This document shows, one piece after another, positions 47,107-57,484 of a stretch of 64,000 nt of DNA (its first letter is position 1; every line of letters begins with the position of its first letter). The stretch lies in sequence record PV611058.1. One strand, written 5' to 3'. Under the pieces are notes generated by a model. That model did no database searches. It was not told where the DNA came from and saw only the letters and a program-made list of their open reading frames with translations. The translations under genes were made by a program, and so were the position numbers.

Positions 47107-49836
47107 TTAATGCCAACGTGTACCAGAGCTTGAAGGAACACCAGAACTTGCAGGGATAGCAGAACCACGCTTAGTTGTACTAGGTCTGTATGTCAAGAAT
47201 CGTGTTACCTTTTCAGTATCAATTGACGTAATACTCGTACTTCCAGTAACAATATCACCAACATATACGTTTGTCAATGTCTCATCAAGAAGAGTTGTAC
47301 TGATAACGTATGCCGCTTTTCTTGTGTTACGGTTCATTTGAATGTAAAGATAAAAAGTACTGTTAGCTGGGTTAGTTTTAATAGTACTTAATTCTATGGT
47401 TTGAATCGCTAATCTATCAAACATACCACCAAGGAATACCGGAACTTCACGGGTGAAGTACACAGTGAAACCTTCAGCAACATCTTGTGAAACTACTACG
47501 ATTTTATCTTGTACTGTTCCTGAACCATCAATCAACCCATCCATCTGTGCTGATGTTGTCCCAAAGAGACTAAACACTGCTTTAGTTTGATAGTCTGAAT
47601 CTTGAAGATGATAGTATCCAAATCCAACACCTGGTATAACTCCGTGCTGGAATGCATTGCCATTATCTATGTAGCTGGATGACATAAATCGGTTAGATGT
47701 AATCAAACCATTCACTGTTTTAGCAATCATCAATTTGAATTGAGCATTACCAGGTTGTGAAAACTGATGAACTGCATCAACACCAATATAACCAAAACCA
47801 GAATACTTAGCAACAGTTAGACCAGTACAGCGTTTCATATAGGCTTCGGTTACAATACCTGTTACAGAATTAAGTGTTTCGTATCTAGAACTCACCATAG
47901 ACGCAGAACTAATATTGGTTCCTGAAACCGTGACATCAACTTCAGAATATATTGCATAACCTTGGTTATTTCCTAAGTTATATGCAGAAACCACCGCAAT
48001 AGATTTTGAGAAAGAACTATCTGGTACATAATATAAAGCAATTTTACCAGAAAATGCTCCTACTATTCCAATATTAGCAAGTATTTCTTGTTTTAATGTT
48101 TCCAGAACATTATCACCAATTGTATAAGAACCATCAAATTCTAAAGTATCTGGGTTAAACAAACCACCACTTGTTTTGTATACACCTTCAATGAATGATG
48201 TCCCATAACATTTAACTGAACCGTCAGTATCAATTAGTGAAATCATACCTGTATATTTGAAATCATCACCAAGACGAGTTCGGTTAGCTTGTGGTGCAAA
48301 ACCATTAAGTGTTGTATTGTTTTGTACTGAATTGAACTGGAAGGTTGGATCAGTACCAATTTCAGAAAATACTGTATTGTTATAACCATATGACTCATCT
48401 TCATATGTTCCAGAACATGCTAACAGTACTTTACGTTTATCAATAAAACGTGTTCCTAAAAGGTTTTCGCCTACTGCACTACCATATGTTGGTGCAACGT
48501 TTACAAATTTGGAATTGTTCGCTTTACGAGTACTGGCAACCCAACTATCATATGGTGTTCCTGTTACGTTATAAACCTGAATACCATAGGTTTCAGATGA
48601 ACTCCAACGAGCACGTGTGCTGAATACTAAACCGTCATAGGTTTGGCATATAGAACCAACGTTACCTAATTGTGGAACACCTAACTGTGTACCCATGAAG
48701 TTATTCATCTCAATGGCAAATGGGTTTGTTAATGTGAAACCATCAACATCATTATATTCCGCTGCTATTGGTGCTCTACTACTTCCATCAATTGATAATG
48801 ATTTAGAGTTGATAGTATAAACAAAACTAAAACCACTAGCATAAACAGTACTAATATATAGATTTGATACTAAACGGTTAGTTGGGAATAATGTAATTCT
48901 AATCTTTGATAAATCTGGACTTACGTTTGCTTGTATATTATAATCTGTATAATCTGAATATTCAACTCGTGTAACTGGTGAAGTGCATTCAAATAATGAA
49001 TCACTACTAGCTCCAACTGAATATAATCTTTCATAAATTTTCAAATTATTAGCACTTGTGTAGTTAACACTTCTTAAGGTTTGACCAGAAAAACCAGTAA
49101 CCTTAGCAAAAGTACTCATAGTACCATCTTTAATACTACTTGTATTAACAGTATATAATGTTAAAGCCAAACCATAGTTTGCTATAGTAGTGTCTTTGCA
49201 CCACACAAATACTTTATCATTAACGATATGTGCATACAATGGTTTATCTGTACCAAATGATGTAGCAGCGATAGAAGCGTGAATATGTGCAACTTCGTTA
49301 AATGTACCATTTGTTAAAGTGAAAATATAATTACTTGCACTAGATAGGCTAACTAGTAATTCATAACCATTCGTTCCGATGAACTGTTTAACATTTTCAG
49401 TACTTGGAAGAATTCTAGGATGATATTTTGATGTAGTACTGATAACACTACTTTGTGTTAGTGCATCAATATTACGCAAATCACGAATGAATGCATAGTA
49501 ATATCCTTCAGTACTACCATTTGTACCAGCACGTAATACCACACCAGTACCATCATCTTCGACTATTGTTGGTTGCATACGGTATACATCTGAAAGCGAC
49601 GTTGCCCCTTCGTATGAACCATTAACGTTTAATGGTAGATAATCCATTTCCCCTATACGGGAGATTGGTAACATATCAAGTATTTTTTGAACTTCTGATC
49701 TTTTATAAATTGGATAGTCAACAATACCTGTATTTGCGTCTGGTGCTGTACCATTAAAAGTACGCATAGCGTACTTTCCACCAATTGCCAAATTTCCAAG
49801 TATAGCAGCACTACCAATGATGCGTTTGGATGACAT
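47107..49836 (-). CDS. Large virion fibre-like protein (909 aa), paralog family
   Basis: Shares N-terminal LPIS..G...YLP and C-terminal VVSQDVAEGF.VYF...GS..P.S.G.P...W modules with 50453..53149. Confidence 0.65.
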   Translation of the reverse strand: MSSKRIIGSAAILGNLAIGGKYAMRTFNGTAPDANTGIVDYPIYKRSEVQKILDMLPISRIGEMDYLPLNVNGSYEGATSLSDVYRMQPTIVEDDGTGVVLRAGTNGSTEGYYYAFIRDLRNIDALTQSSVISTTSKYHPRILPSTENVKQFIGTNGYELLVSLSSASNYIFTLTNGTFNEVAHIHASIAATSFGTDKPLYAHIVNDKVFVWCKDTTIANYGLALTLYTVNTSSIKDGTMSTFAKVTGFSGQTLRSVNYTSANNLKIYERLYSVGASSDSLFECTSPVTRVEYSDYTDYNIQANVSPDLSKIRITLFPTNRLVSNLYISTVYASGFSFVYTINSKSLSIDGSSRAPIAAEYNDVDGFTLTNPFAIEMNNFMGTQLGVPQLGNVGSICQTYDGLVFSTRARWSSSETYGIQVYNVTGTPYDSWVASTRKANNSKFVNVAPTYGSAVGENLLGTRFIDKRKVLLACSGTYEDESYGYNNTVFSEIGTDPTFQFNSVQNNTTLNGFAPQANRTRLGDDFKYTGMISLIDTDGSVKCYGTSFIEGVYKTSGGLFNPDTLEFDGSYTIGDNVLETLKQEILANIGIVGAFSGKIALYYVPDSSFSKSIAVVSAYNLGNNQGYAIYSEVDVTVSGTNISSASMVSSRYETLNSVTGIVTEAYMKRCTGLTVAKYSGFGYIGVDAVHQFSQPGNAQFKLMIAKTVNGLITSNRFMSSSYIDNGNAFQHGVIPGVGFGYYHLQDSDYQTKAVFSLFGTTSAQMDGLIDGSGTVQDKIVVVSQDVAEGFTVYFTREVPVFLGGMFDRLAIQTIELSTIKTNPANSTFYLYIQMNRNTRKAAYVISTTLLDETLTNVYVGDIVTGSTSITSIDTEKVTRFLTYRPSTTKRGSAIPASSGVPSSSGTRWH

Positions 49837-49852
49837 ATTCTTTTTCCTTTAA

Positions 49853-50440
49853 TTACCAGCCTAATGTACCAGTTTGTGTTGGATTTCCAGTACTGACTGG
49901 GAAAGATGAACCTTTTTGTGTTGTACTTGGTCTGTATGTATTGAATCGTGATACGCGTTCAATGTTGATAGCAGTAATACCAGAAGTTCCAACGGTAATA
50001 GTCCCGATGAACATTATAATCTGTGATTCTTGTAATTGTGAAGTTGAGATTCTATAAATTGGCTCACCCAGTACTAAAGTAGCGTATACATATTGTGTTT
50101 GTGTGCCTGATGCCACTGTTGGTGCTGTCACTGCAACAACAGGGTAATTATAAAGATAGCCACCGATGAATGCAGGTATCTCTCGGTTAAAACGTAATGA
50201 ATAACCGCTTGATGTAATTGACAAACTAGATACATCATAAAGTTCACCATATTGTGATAATGGTAAACCGTTAACAATAGAATCAACTTCATCTTTTGTT
50301 AAGAGGGGGAATGTACATTCCCCATTTGCGTCTGTTCGATACGATACGTCATTAATATCACTAATAGATAGTCCAGTGTTTTTATTCTGGACTACGATTT
50401 GTGACATAGCTTCGATATCGGATCTTATAATATATGCCAT
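49853..50440 (-). CDS. Short paralog (195 aa) of the flanking fibre-like proteins
   Basis: LPLSQYG and FNREIPAFIGG...GSSFPVSTGNPTQTGTLGW modules without the central region. Confidence 0.65.
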   Translation of the reverse strand: MAYIIRSDIEAMSQIVVQNKNTGLSISDINDVSYRTDANGECTFPLLTKDEVDSIVNGLPLSQYGELYDVSSLSITSSGYSLRFNREIPAFIGGYLYNYPVVAVTAPTVASGTQTQYVYATLVLGEPIYRISTSQLQESQIIMFIGTITVGTSGITAINIERVSRFNTYRPSTTQKGSSFPVSTGNPTQTGTLGW

Positions 50441-50452
50441 AAGATTAATCCT

Positions 50453-53149
50453 TTACCAATTGATTGTTCCTGTTTGTGACGGTAGGCCATAACTAACTGG
50501 GAATGAAGAACCAGCAGCTTCAAGAGACGCACCGAAAATATCCAATCTTGAACGTTTTTGTATGTTAACATTTGATATTTGTAGTGAGTTTGTTTGTATA
50601 GTACCTATCCAGAAAATATTATATGCTGTAGTACCAGTTTCTGAAATAACATCAGTTGTTATTACATATTTTGCATTACCTTGTTCCATTTTAACATATA
50701 CATGAAATAATGTGTTTGCTGGATTAGCCTTAACTGTAGTTAAGTTTATACTAGTAATCGGTAATGTAAATGCTTTACCAGAAAGAATTACTGGAGTTTC
50801 TTCTGTGAAGTACACAATAAAACCTTGAGCAACGTCTTGTGAAACTACGTTAATCGGTGCACCTTGAGCAGTCCAGTTATTATAATCAGCAATTGTAGTA
50901 CCACATTTTTGGAAAGTCATTTTGTTTACATAGTCTATTGCTTGGAAATAACCAAAACCAATACCAGGTAAAGCTGCTGGTTGAATACCTTGCTCATAAC
51001 TTGCATGTGAACCACTGATAATAAAACTATCAAATTGTGCAGTTGCTTTTGTTACATATGCTCTGAATTGGTGTGTGTTTGTATTACCAATAGTTGGGTG
51101 AGATAATGGGTCAGAACCACCTATGAAGTAGAAAGAACCACCATCATATATTGTTAAACCAACAGAAGACGATGCAAAACTACCATTACCATTTGGTGTA
51201 AAGTTACTTCCGTAAACGTTTTCTAGTACTAAACGCTTGAAGGTAATTGTAGTGATATTACCTGAACGTGTATTCACATTCACTTCAGCAATTCTAATAT
51301 AGTTCTGATATGTATTTGTAACTGTACTTAGCATTACGAATGCAGGTATATCAGTTTGTTGTGGAACAAACAATGTCATATCTTTATAAGCAGCAGAAGA
51401 TAAGTTCCAGTCGCTTAGTACTTTAGCGTATTCAGCATTTCTGAAATTATCAAGTACAGATTGAGTAACACTAATGATACCAGTTCCGTTCATATTTTTA
51501 TCATATGATAGTGATTGGGAATATCTCTGACCTACCATGAATATCCCACCATTTGTAGTAACATTATTACCACTAATGGAACTAATAAAAACTCTGTTGT
51601 TCGTGTTGTCTGTCACATTAGCACGTTCTGTTGTTGGCTCATAACCTTGTATGGTTCCACGTGATAAAGAATTAAACGTAAAGTTAGGAGTACTTTTATG
51701 AACTGCATAAGATGGACGGAATGCACCAGAACCAGTTGAACGAGAATACTGTTTAGTACTGTTCCCTGGAAGCAATTCTACGCCGTTAATAAAAGAACCA
51801 ACTGCTGAACCAAATGAAGGACGAACTATGCCATTTCTGAAATCAGTTGAAATGTTCGCACGTACATTAATCATGCTATATATTGATTGTGCAGTAAATT
51901 TAGCTTTCTGCATAAGCAATGGTTCTGCTAAGTTTGGACATGCAGTACAGAATACTTCACCTGTATTCAGATAATAATATGAACTGTAAATGTTTCTTGC
52001 ACCGCTATGGTCATATAAAGGATCTTTATTGAGAACGTTACCAGTAGCAACCAATGCCGAACCTGTGTTTGTAACAACAAATGGTGCAGCAAATGTACCA
52101 ATATCGTTCCCATTATCCAAGTTACATTGTTTAGTACTCATGTTAAAATTGAAACTATAACTATGCTGTGGTCGGGTATTGTAGTTTGCCATAGTGAACC
52201 ATGCGTCACCATTCATTCTGAATCGGAAGTTCTGCGTTCCTGGCTCCTGAGCAACATATAAATCGATAGATGTCATATAAATCCCCATACCAGCCAAATT
52301 TTGTGGTACATAGACATATGGCTTATCAGCAATATTAGTTGAGTTAACATGGTCAGTAATGATTATATTATTCTGAGCAGTATATGTAGTATTGTAAAAA
52401 GTTTTTGTTGTCCATCCCGTGATTCGGGTAGCAGTATAAGTACCGTTTGCAATATTCAATACAACACGAACAACAACAATCTGTAGTTTGTTATTTTCAT
52501 TAAGGACGTTGAATACATAAACTGAACCGTCTTCTGCCATCATAGCATACTCAATCCCACCTTCAGGTGAAATATCAGCTTGGTTCACAAAAAGACCACT
52601 ATGTTGTGTATCATCCAATGTACCATTCGTTACTGATATAAACAACCCATTAGTACTGGTAGATGTGTCATTGTAACGACCTAACAGTATTTTTGAATCG
52701 GTATTGTATAAACCAATAGCAACACGGTTTGCCCCAAAATAGCCAGGCTTATACTGACGGCTGGTATTAACAGTACGGCTCATATCGGTAACGGATAATG
52801 CGTTCGCTAGGTAAGAATAAAATAAACCTTCAACACTACCGTTTGTACCACTACGTAATAGTACTAATGTGCCATCGTTTTCTAAAAGTATTTTGTTTCT
52901 ACGTTGGGATTGGTTTTCTGATGCACCATTAAAATCACCAGATACCCCAGCAGGTAGATAGTTATGTGTACCATAATGCGAGATTGGAAGTAAACTAATT
53001 ACATCAAGTAATTCTTCTTTGGAATATGTATCAATTTCCATATTACCATTAGCATCAAATACTTGATCATTGATGCCCTGTACTGTTCTTTTCCCTTTAA
53101 CTGTCACATTATGAGTGACGTCTAAGCCACCATATATTTTCTTTGACAT
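50453..53149 (-). CDS. Large virion fibre-like protein (898 aa), paralog family
   Basis: Paralogous to 47107..49836; TAAATA upstream at 53183-53188. Confidence 0.65.
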   Translation of the reverse strand: MSKKIYGGLDVTHNVTVKGKRTVQGINDQVFDANGNMEIDTYSKEELLDVISLLPISHYGTHNYLPAGVSGDFNGASENQSQRRNKILLENDGTLVLLRSGTNGSVEGLFYSYLANALSVTDMSRTVNTSRQYKPGYFGANRVAIGLYNTDSKILLGRYNDTSTSTNGLFISVTNGTLDDTQHSGLFVNQADISPEGGIEYAMMAEDGSVYVFNVLNENNKLQIVVVRVVLNIANGTYTATRITGWTTKTFYNTTYTAQNNIIITDHVNSTNIADKPYVYVPQNLAGMGIYMTSIDLYVAQEPGTQNFRFRMNGDAWFTMANYNTRPQHSYSFNFNMSTKQCNLDNGNDIGTFAAPFVVTNTGSALVATGNVLNKDPLYDHSGARNIYSSYYYLNTGEVFCTACPNLAEPLLMQKAKFTAQSIYSMINVRANISTDFRNGIVRPSFGSAVGSFINGVELLPGNSTKQYSRSTGSGAFRPSYAVHKSTPNFTFNSLSRGTIQGYEPTTERANVTDNTNNRVFISSISGNNVTTNGGIFMVGQRYSQSLSYDKNMNGTGIISVTQSVLDNFRNAEYAKVLSDWNLSSAAYKDMTLFVPQQTDIPAFVMLSTVTNTYQNYIRIAEVNVNTRSGNITTITFKRLVLENVYGSNFTPNGNGSFASSSVGLTIYDGGSFYFIGGSDPLSHPTIGNTNTHQFRAYVTKATAQFDSFIISGSHASYEQGIQPAALPGIGFGYFQAIDYVNKMTFQKCGTTIADYNNWTAQGAPINVVSQDVAQGFIVYFTEETPVILSGKAFTLPITSINLTTVKANPANTLFHVYVKMEQGNAKYVITTDVISETGTTAYNIFWIGTIQTNSLQISNVNIQKRSRLDIFGASLEAAGSSFPVSYGLPSQTGTINW

Positions 53150-53196
53150 ACATATCCCTTGTAATTTAGATATTAGTTACTGTATTTATGAATGTA

Positions 53197-53221
53197 ATAA
53201 AAAAGCACCCATTGGGTGCTT
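53197..53221 (-). terminator. Rho-independent terminator
   Basis: AAGCACCC-ATT-GGGTGCTT with A-run. Confidence 0.75.
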
Positions 53222-53225
53222 GTGT

Positions 53226-53696
53226 TTAAAAGTCTTTATTTTTATATAAAATTCGTTGGTTATTTGAACCACGAAATGGTAATGTTAAATTCTTTTCTTC
53301 TGAAACAAATTTACCATCAACTAATACATCTAAGCACTGAAGAATGTCTTTAGCATGATTATTCATAATCTCTTCTAAAGTATATCCACTCCAGCACCAA
53401 ATAGTTTTATTGGGATAAGTCTCTTTTACAATCTTACATAGTTCTAAAATTGTTTCTATGTTCTTTTTCATTAGAGGATCTCCACCAAGGAGGGATAATC
53501 CACTAACGTAAGGCTTACTGAGTTCAGCTAAAATTATATCAATTGTATCAGTACTGAACTCTTGCCCACTTCTATAATCCCATGCTTCTTCGTTGAAGCA
53601 TCCGACACACCCATGACTGCATCCACTAACAAAAAGGGAGCATCTTACTCCCTCCCCATTAATAAGGTCGTCTTTAATTATCGTCTGGTAATTCAT
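53226..53696 (-). CDS. nrdG: Anaerobic ribonucleotide reductase activating protein (radical SAM)
   Basis: NGEGVRCSLFVSGCSHGCVGCFN, GLSLLGGDPL, FRGSNNQR. Confidence 0.96.
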   Translation of the reverse strand: MNYQTIIKDDLINGEGVRCSLFVSGCSHGCVGCFNEEAWDYRSGQEFSTDTIDIILAELSKPYVSGLSLLGGDPLMKKNIETILELCKIVKETYPNKTIWCWSGYTLEEIMNNHAKDILQCLDVLVDGKFVSEEKNLTLPFRGSNNQRILYKNKDF

Positions 53697-54000
53697 CTAA
53701 TATTGCACTCACTATCTCAACGAGAACATCACCATGACATGATTTCGGTTTACAGAAACAACCAAGACGTTTCCCTGCTAACTCAAGTAAATCATCAATC
53801 TGAACTTCACCGTTAGAAATACGCTCAATAATGTATTCTCTGAACTTTTCGATTGATTCTTCCCTTGTAGCAACAATGAACTCGGCTTTGGTCTGTTTAT
53901 CACTGATATGGGTAAATGGGTTGCCCCATTTAGACCCACGACCGATATACACATCATACGGTTCTTTATATTTGTTAACCACAATTGGCTTTAAATCCAT
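53674..54000 (-). CDS. DUF4326 family protein
   Basis: YDVYIGRGSKWGNPF, LGCFCKPKSCHGDVL. Confidence 0.85.
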   Translation of the reverse strand: MDLKPIVVNKYKEPYDVYIGRGSKWGNPFTHISDKQTKAEFIVATREESIEKFREYIIERISNGEVQIDDLLELAGKRLGCFCKPKSCHGDVLVEIVSAILDELPDDN

Positions 54001-54008
54001 AATGTACC

Positions 54009-55814
54009 TTATTTGTGTTGTATACGCTCACAACATTCTTGTTGTTTGCCTTTGTTGAATCCACGAGACGATGGGTTCCCCAAATATCCAGAAACACGAC
54101 GAATCACTGAGATTGTCTTCTCATTGCGATTATCACATACTGGACAATGAAAACCGTGTTTATCTACACTGAACTCACCTTTATACCCACACTCGTAACA
54201 CTGGTCAATTGGCTGGTTGATGCCAAAATATGGAATCTTTGTGTAAGCGTAATTGACTAAAGTCTCAAGTGCTTGAATATTGTTACTTAGGTTGGGTGAT
54301 TCAACATAACTGATGTTTCCACCATTACTGAGGTAAGCAAAGCCCTCTTCGTAACTCCACTTATCAAATGGTGAACTTTCTACCCATACTGGTTGATGGA
54401 AGGAATTTGTGATGTAATCACGTTTTAGTACTGAAGGGTATTTAGATTCGATGCAACGTGCAAATTTGTAGCAAAGGGACTCTGCTGGGGTTCCATATAG
54501 ACTAAAAGCTATATTACTCTCTTTTTTGAACTCATCGCATTTTACTTTCATATAATTCAGTACTGACATACAGAACTCCTTACTAATAGAACCAGTCAGA
54601 ATTTCTGAACATTCAACTAAACCAACGTAACCAATACTAATACTAGCATATCCGTTATAAAATAGCTTGTCAATCGTTTCTTCTGCCCCTAAACGTGAAA
54701 GTGCACCTTCCATGAACAAAATCGGATTCTGCTTCGCTTTTGTGCCTTTTAAACGCTCTACGCGGTTCATCTGAGCACGATATGCAATATTCATATGCTC
54801 GTCTATTTTATCAAAAAACTCTCCATCTGAGGCACTTTCAAGAGCAATTAGAGGTAAATTGATAGAAACTACGCCTAAGTTGAAACGACCGTTATATTGC
54901 TCATTTCCATTGGAATCTTCCCATTTTCCTAAAAATGAACGACAGCCCATCGGAGTTACTGCTGTATTGCTACTTCCTGTAACTTTGTGATTTAACGGAA
55001 CAGAAACGAAGTCTGGGTAGATTCTCTTCGATGCACAACGCATTGCCAACTGTTTCATGTCATAGTTGCAATCATCGCTATTCATGTTGATTCCGTCCTG
55101 TAAAAAGAAAATTACTTTAGGAAACACAGGAGTAATCTTATCTTTACCTAAACCATTCTCATGTACTTTTAAGTACTGTTCAGTGATTAATTTGCCAAAT
55201 TTTGAAGTATTCAGTCCTAAACTAAGAGAAATGAATGCTGCTTGTCCGTTTGTACTAATCATTGAATTTGTCTGGTAAAGTAAGGTTTGACACCCATCAT
55301 AGACTTCTTTTCGTAATTCTTCCTCAATGTATTCAGTACTGAGATTATATGCCTTTTGCTTCGCTAATAGCTTATCCCACGACTTTTGGACGTAAGGTTC
55401 AAGACCAACGTCGATATGAGCCAACGATTGACCACCGTACTGGGAACTAGCAACAGCTTGTACAATTTGTGTCAGTACTGTACATGCTACACTAAAACTC
55501 TTTGGTTCTTCAATTTTGGCACAACCAATGGTAAATCCATTTTTTAGCATATCTGGGTAGTTAACCAAGCAACAGTTAGTTAATGGGCTGATATAGTAGT
55601 CTAAATCATGAATATGACCATAACCATCATTATGCCACTGCATTAGCTCCTTTGGAATAACATCTTGTGAATAATGCTTAGATAGGATACCAGCAAGTAA
55701 ATCCCTGTGTGTATTGACGCATTTCGCATCTTTGTTTGCATTTTCATTTGTAAGATCAGTATTGCTCTGATTTAGGAAATTTGTTACGTCAGTATATAAT
55801 TTATCTAATTGCAT
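54009..55814 (-). CDS. nrdD: Anaerobic (class III) ribonucleoside-triphosphate reductase
   Basis: HIHDLDY, NCCLV, QYGGQS, MGCRSFL, GRFNLGVVSINL, YGTPAESLC, RRVSGYLG glycyl-radical motif; no intron seen. Confidence 0.97.
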   Translation of the reverse strand: MQLDKLYTDVTNFLNQSNTDLTNENANKDAKCVNTHRDLLAGILSKHYSQDVIPKELMQWHNDGYGHIHDLDYYISPLTNCCLVNYPDMLKNGFTIGCAKIEEPKSFSVACTVLTQIVQAVASSQYGGQSLAHIDVGLEPYVQKSWDKLLAKQKAYNLSTEYIEEELRKEVYDGCQTLLYQTNSMISTNGQAAFISLSLGLNTSKFGKLITEQYLKVHENGLGKDKITPVFPKVIFFLQDGINMNSDDCNYDMKQLAMRCASKRIYPDFVSVPLNHKVTGSSNTAVTPMGCRSFLGKWEDSNGNEQYNGRFNLGVVSINLPLIALESASDGEFFDKIDEHMNIAYRAQMNRVERLKGTKAKQNPILFMEGALSRLGAEETIDKLFYNGYASISIGYVGLVECSEILTGSISKEFCMSVLNYMKVKCDEFKKESNIAFSLYGTPAESLCYKFARCIESKYPSVLKRDYITNSFHQPVWVESSPFDKWSYEEGFAYLSNGGNISYVESPNLSNNIQALETLVNYAYTKIPYFGINQPIDQCYECGYKGEFSVDKHGFHCPVCDNRNEKTISVIRRVSGYLGNPSSRGFNKGKQQECCERIQHK

Positions 55815-55952
55815 TTTACTTTCCTTGTATTTTGAAATCATCTGGGGGTGAAGTTATTTAACATCACCAGACACCATTATAGCGTCAGAACAGGGTATTT
55901 CTCTTGACCTATATCAAGGAAAGGTCACATTGCTTTATATTTGTACAAATAG

Positions 55953-55975
55953 AAAAAGCACCACTAGGGTGCTTT
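55953..55975 (-). terminator. Rho-independent terminator
   Basis: AAAGCACC-ACTAG-GGTGCTTT. Confidence 0.7.
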
Positions 55976-56090
55976 AAAGTACTGCTAATATAAAAACTGC
56001 CCAAATTAGCAGTACTACATTGGTTGGAGCGGCAAAAAACATATATGCAGCAATTGCACTGCATCCGATTACAAGTTTAGCTAGTCTCAT
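55974..56090 (-). CDS. Small membrane peptide (38 aa, MRLAKLVIGC...); not in the ORF track
   Basis: ATG overlaps the previous ORF end; two hydrophobic stretches; ends at the terminator. Confidence 0.5.
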   Translation of the reverse strand: MRLAKLVIGCSAIAAYMFFAAPTNVVLLIWAVFILAVL

Positions 56091-56262
56091 CTGGACTCCA
56101 TGTAATAGTCACAGTAAATGTGCCTTCTTGGAAACCAAACTCATCTTGTGGGATTTGTCCAGCTAATGGGTTAAATCTTGAATCGAATGCTTCATGTACG
56201 TCTCGCTGAATATCATAGAGACTTTCACCATCGTATTCTTTTTTAAAGATTTCATTCTGCAT
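56077..56262 (-). CDS. Hypothetical protein (61 aa)
   Basis: ORF track. Confidence 0.6.
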   Translation of the reverse strand: MQNEIFKKEYDGESLYDIQRDVHEAFDSRFNPLAGQIPQDEFGFQEGTFTVTITWSPDETS

Positions 56263-56662
56263 TTATACGTAACGACCCTCGTATTCTGTCTGGATATCCA
56301 TCAAATAGATCAATGAATTGGTTTAACGCATAAGTACTGATGAATGGATTATTCTTGGCAAGTTCTATGCGTTTTTCAAAATCCATTAATATAATCTCTG
56401 GCCTACTGAAATTTCCTTTACGTCTATATGTTAGTAAACGCTCGGTATGACCACTGAACTGAAATTCAAAATATGTTGATGCTGCATAATCACTTCCATC
56501 AGGAACCGGAATTGAAAAATCAACATTGAACTTATTACCAAATGCGAAAAAATATCCACCATCTTCATGTGGTATAGTTTTATCATTTAGATGGAAATCT
56601 ATTTCATCACCTAATATATCAAATATCTTGATACTTAGAGACATAAAATCATCGGCTAACAT
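56252..56662 (-). CDS. Hypothetical protein (136 aa)
   Basis: ORF track. Confidence 0.6.
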   Translation of the reverse strand: MLADDFMSLSIKIFDILGDEIDFHLNDKTIPHEDGGYFFAFGNKFNVDFSIPVPDGSDYAASTYFEFQFSGHTERLLTYRRKGNFSRPEIILMDFEKRIELAKNNPFISTYALNQFIDLFDGYPDRIRGSLRINAE

Positions 56663-56673
56663 TTCTTTTTACC

Positions 56674-56892
56674 TTATTTTATAACTCTACAATAGAAATG
56701 AATAATATACGGAAATATAGGATTATCGACGTATGTTGCAAAATTAGCTATGGTAATTTTTTTATAGTACGAGTTATGTATGGATATAATGGTTTGTGGG
56801 TCGATTGCTTCTCTATTTGATAGTTCAACAAAACGACCACACTTCATATAAGCCTTACCATAATAATCGTAAGTTATCTCATATTGTTCCAT
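56674..56892 (-). CDS. Hypothetical protein (72 aa)
   Basis: ORF track. Confidence 0.55.
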   Translation of the reverse strand: MEQYEITYDYYGKAYMKCGRFVELSNREAIDPQTIISIHNSYYKKITIANFATYVDNPIFPYIIHFYCRVIK

Positions 56893-57252
56893 TTATTCTG
56901 GATCTTTGTTTTTATCCACTGTATTGTTTTTGTTTAGATCAATACCGAGTGCCACTGCTGCTGCCAGGTTTTCAATACCATCACCATTCAAACGAAAACC
57001 TTGCTTGAGTAGGTTTTGTGTGTAGTATTTGTTGTAGAAAAATGCCCATACAAACATGGCGATGAAACCTAATGTACCAAAACTAATAACGTTCAGGATT
57101 ACAAAGATGACAAACGCACCGATGAATGTTAGAAAATCAGAACGGAATAGTGCAGGGATTGGACCAAAAAAGAATGTAGTCCATGAAAAACCATAGAAAC
57201 CGTCTTTCTTGATTCCAGTACTTTCATTTTTTAAAGAAATAGTTTTAGCCAT
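56893..57252 (-). CDS. DUF2628-like membrane protein
   Basis: GFSWTTFFFGPIPALFRSDF...YNKYY...LLKQGF; start at MAKTIS (AAGGAG RBS). Confidence 0.6.
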   Translation of the reverse strand: MAKTISLKNESTGIKKDGFYGFSWTTFFFGPIPALFRSDFLTFIGAFVIFVILNVISFGTLGFIAMFVWAFFYNKYYTQNLLKQGFRLNGDGIENLAAAVALGIDLNKNNTVDKNKDPE

Positions 57253-57262
57253 TGTTGACTCC

Positions 57263-57484
57263 TTACATGTTATGATTTGGTATACAGTACACAAATACTA
57301 AATTGGAAAAGTGTTCAGTACTGGAATATTTTGCTAAATCTGTTATATGGAAGTAGACATCTTTGAAATTATCATTCTCAAATGTCGTTATTTGTAAACA
57401 GTGTGTGGGTCTGAAAATATAATAATAAAATATATCATCTTCAGCCACAACTGTATGGTTTTTGTAGCGTTCAATTTTTTTCAT
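57263..57484 (-). CDS. Hypothetical protein
   Basis: Start at MKKIER, coupled to the deaminase stop. Confidence 0.5.
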   Translation of the reverse strand: MKKIERYKNHTVVAEDDIFYYYIFRPTHCLQITTFENDNFKDVYFHITDLAKYSSTEHFSNLVFVYCIPNHNM

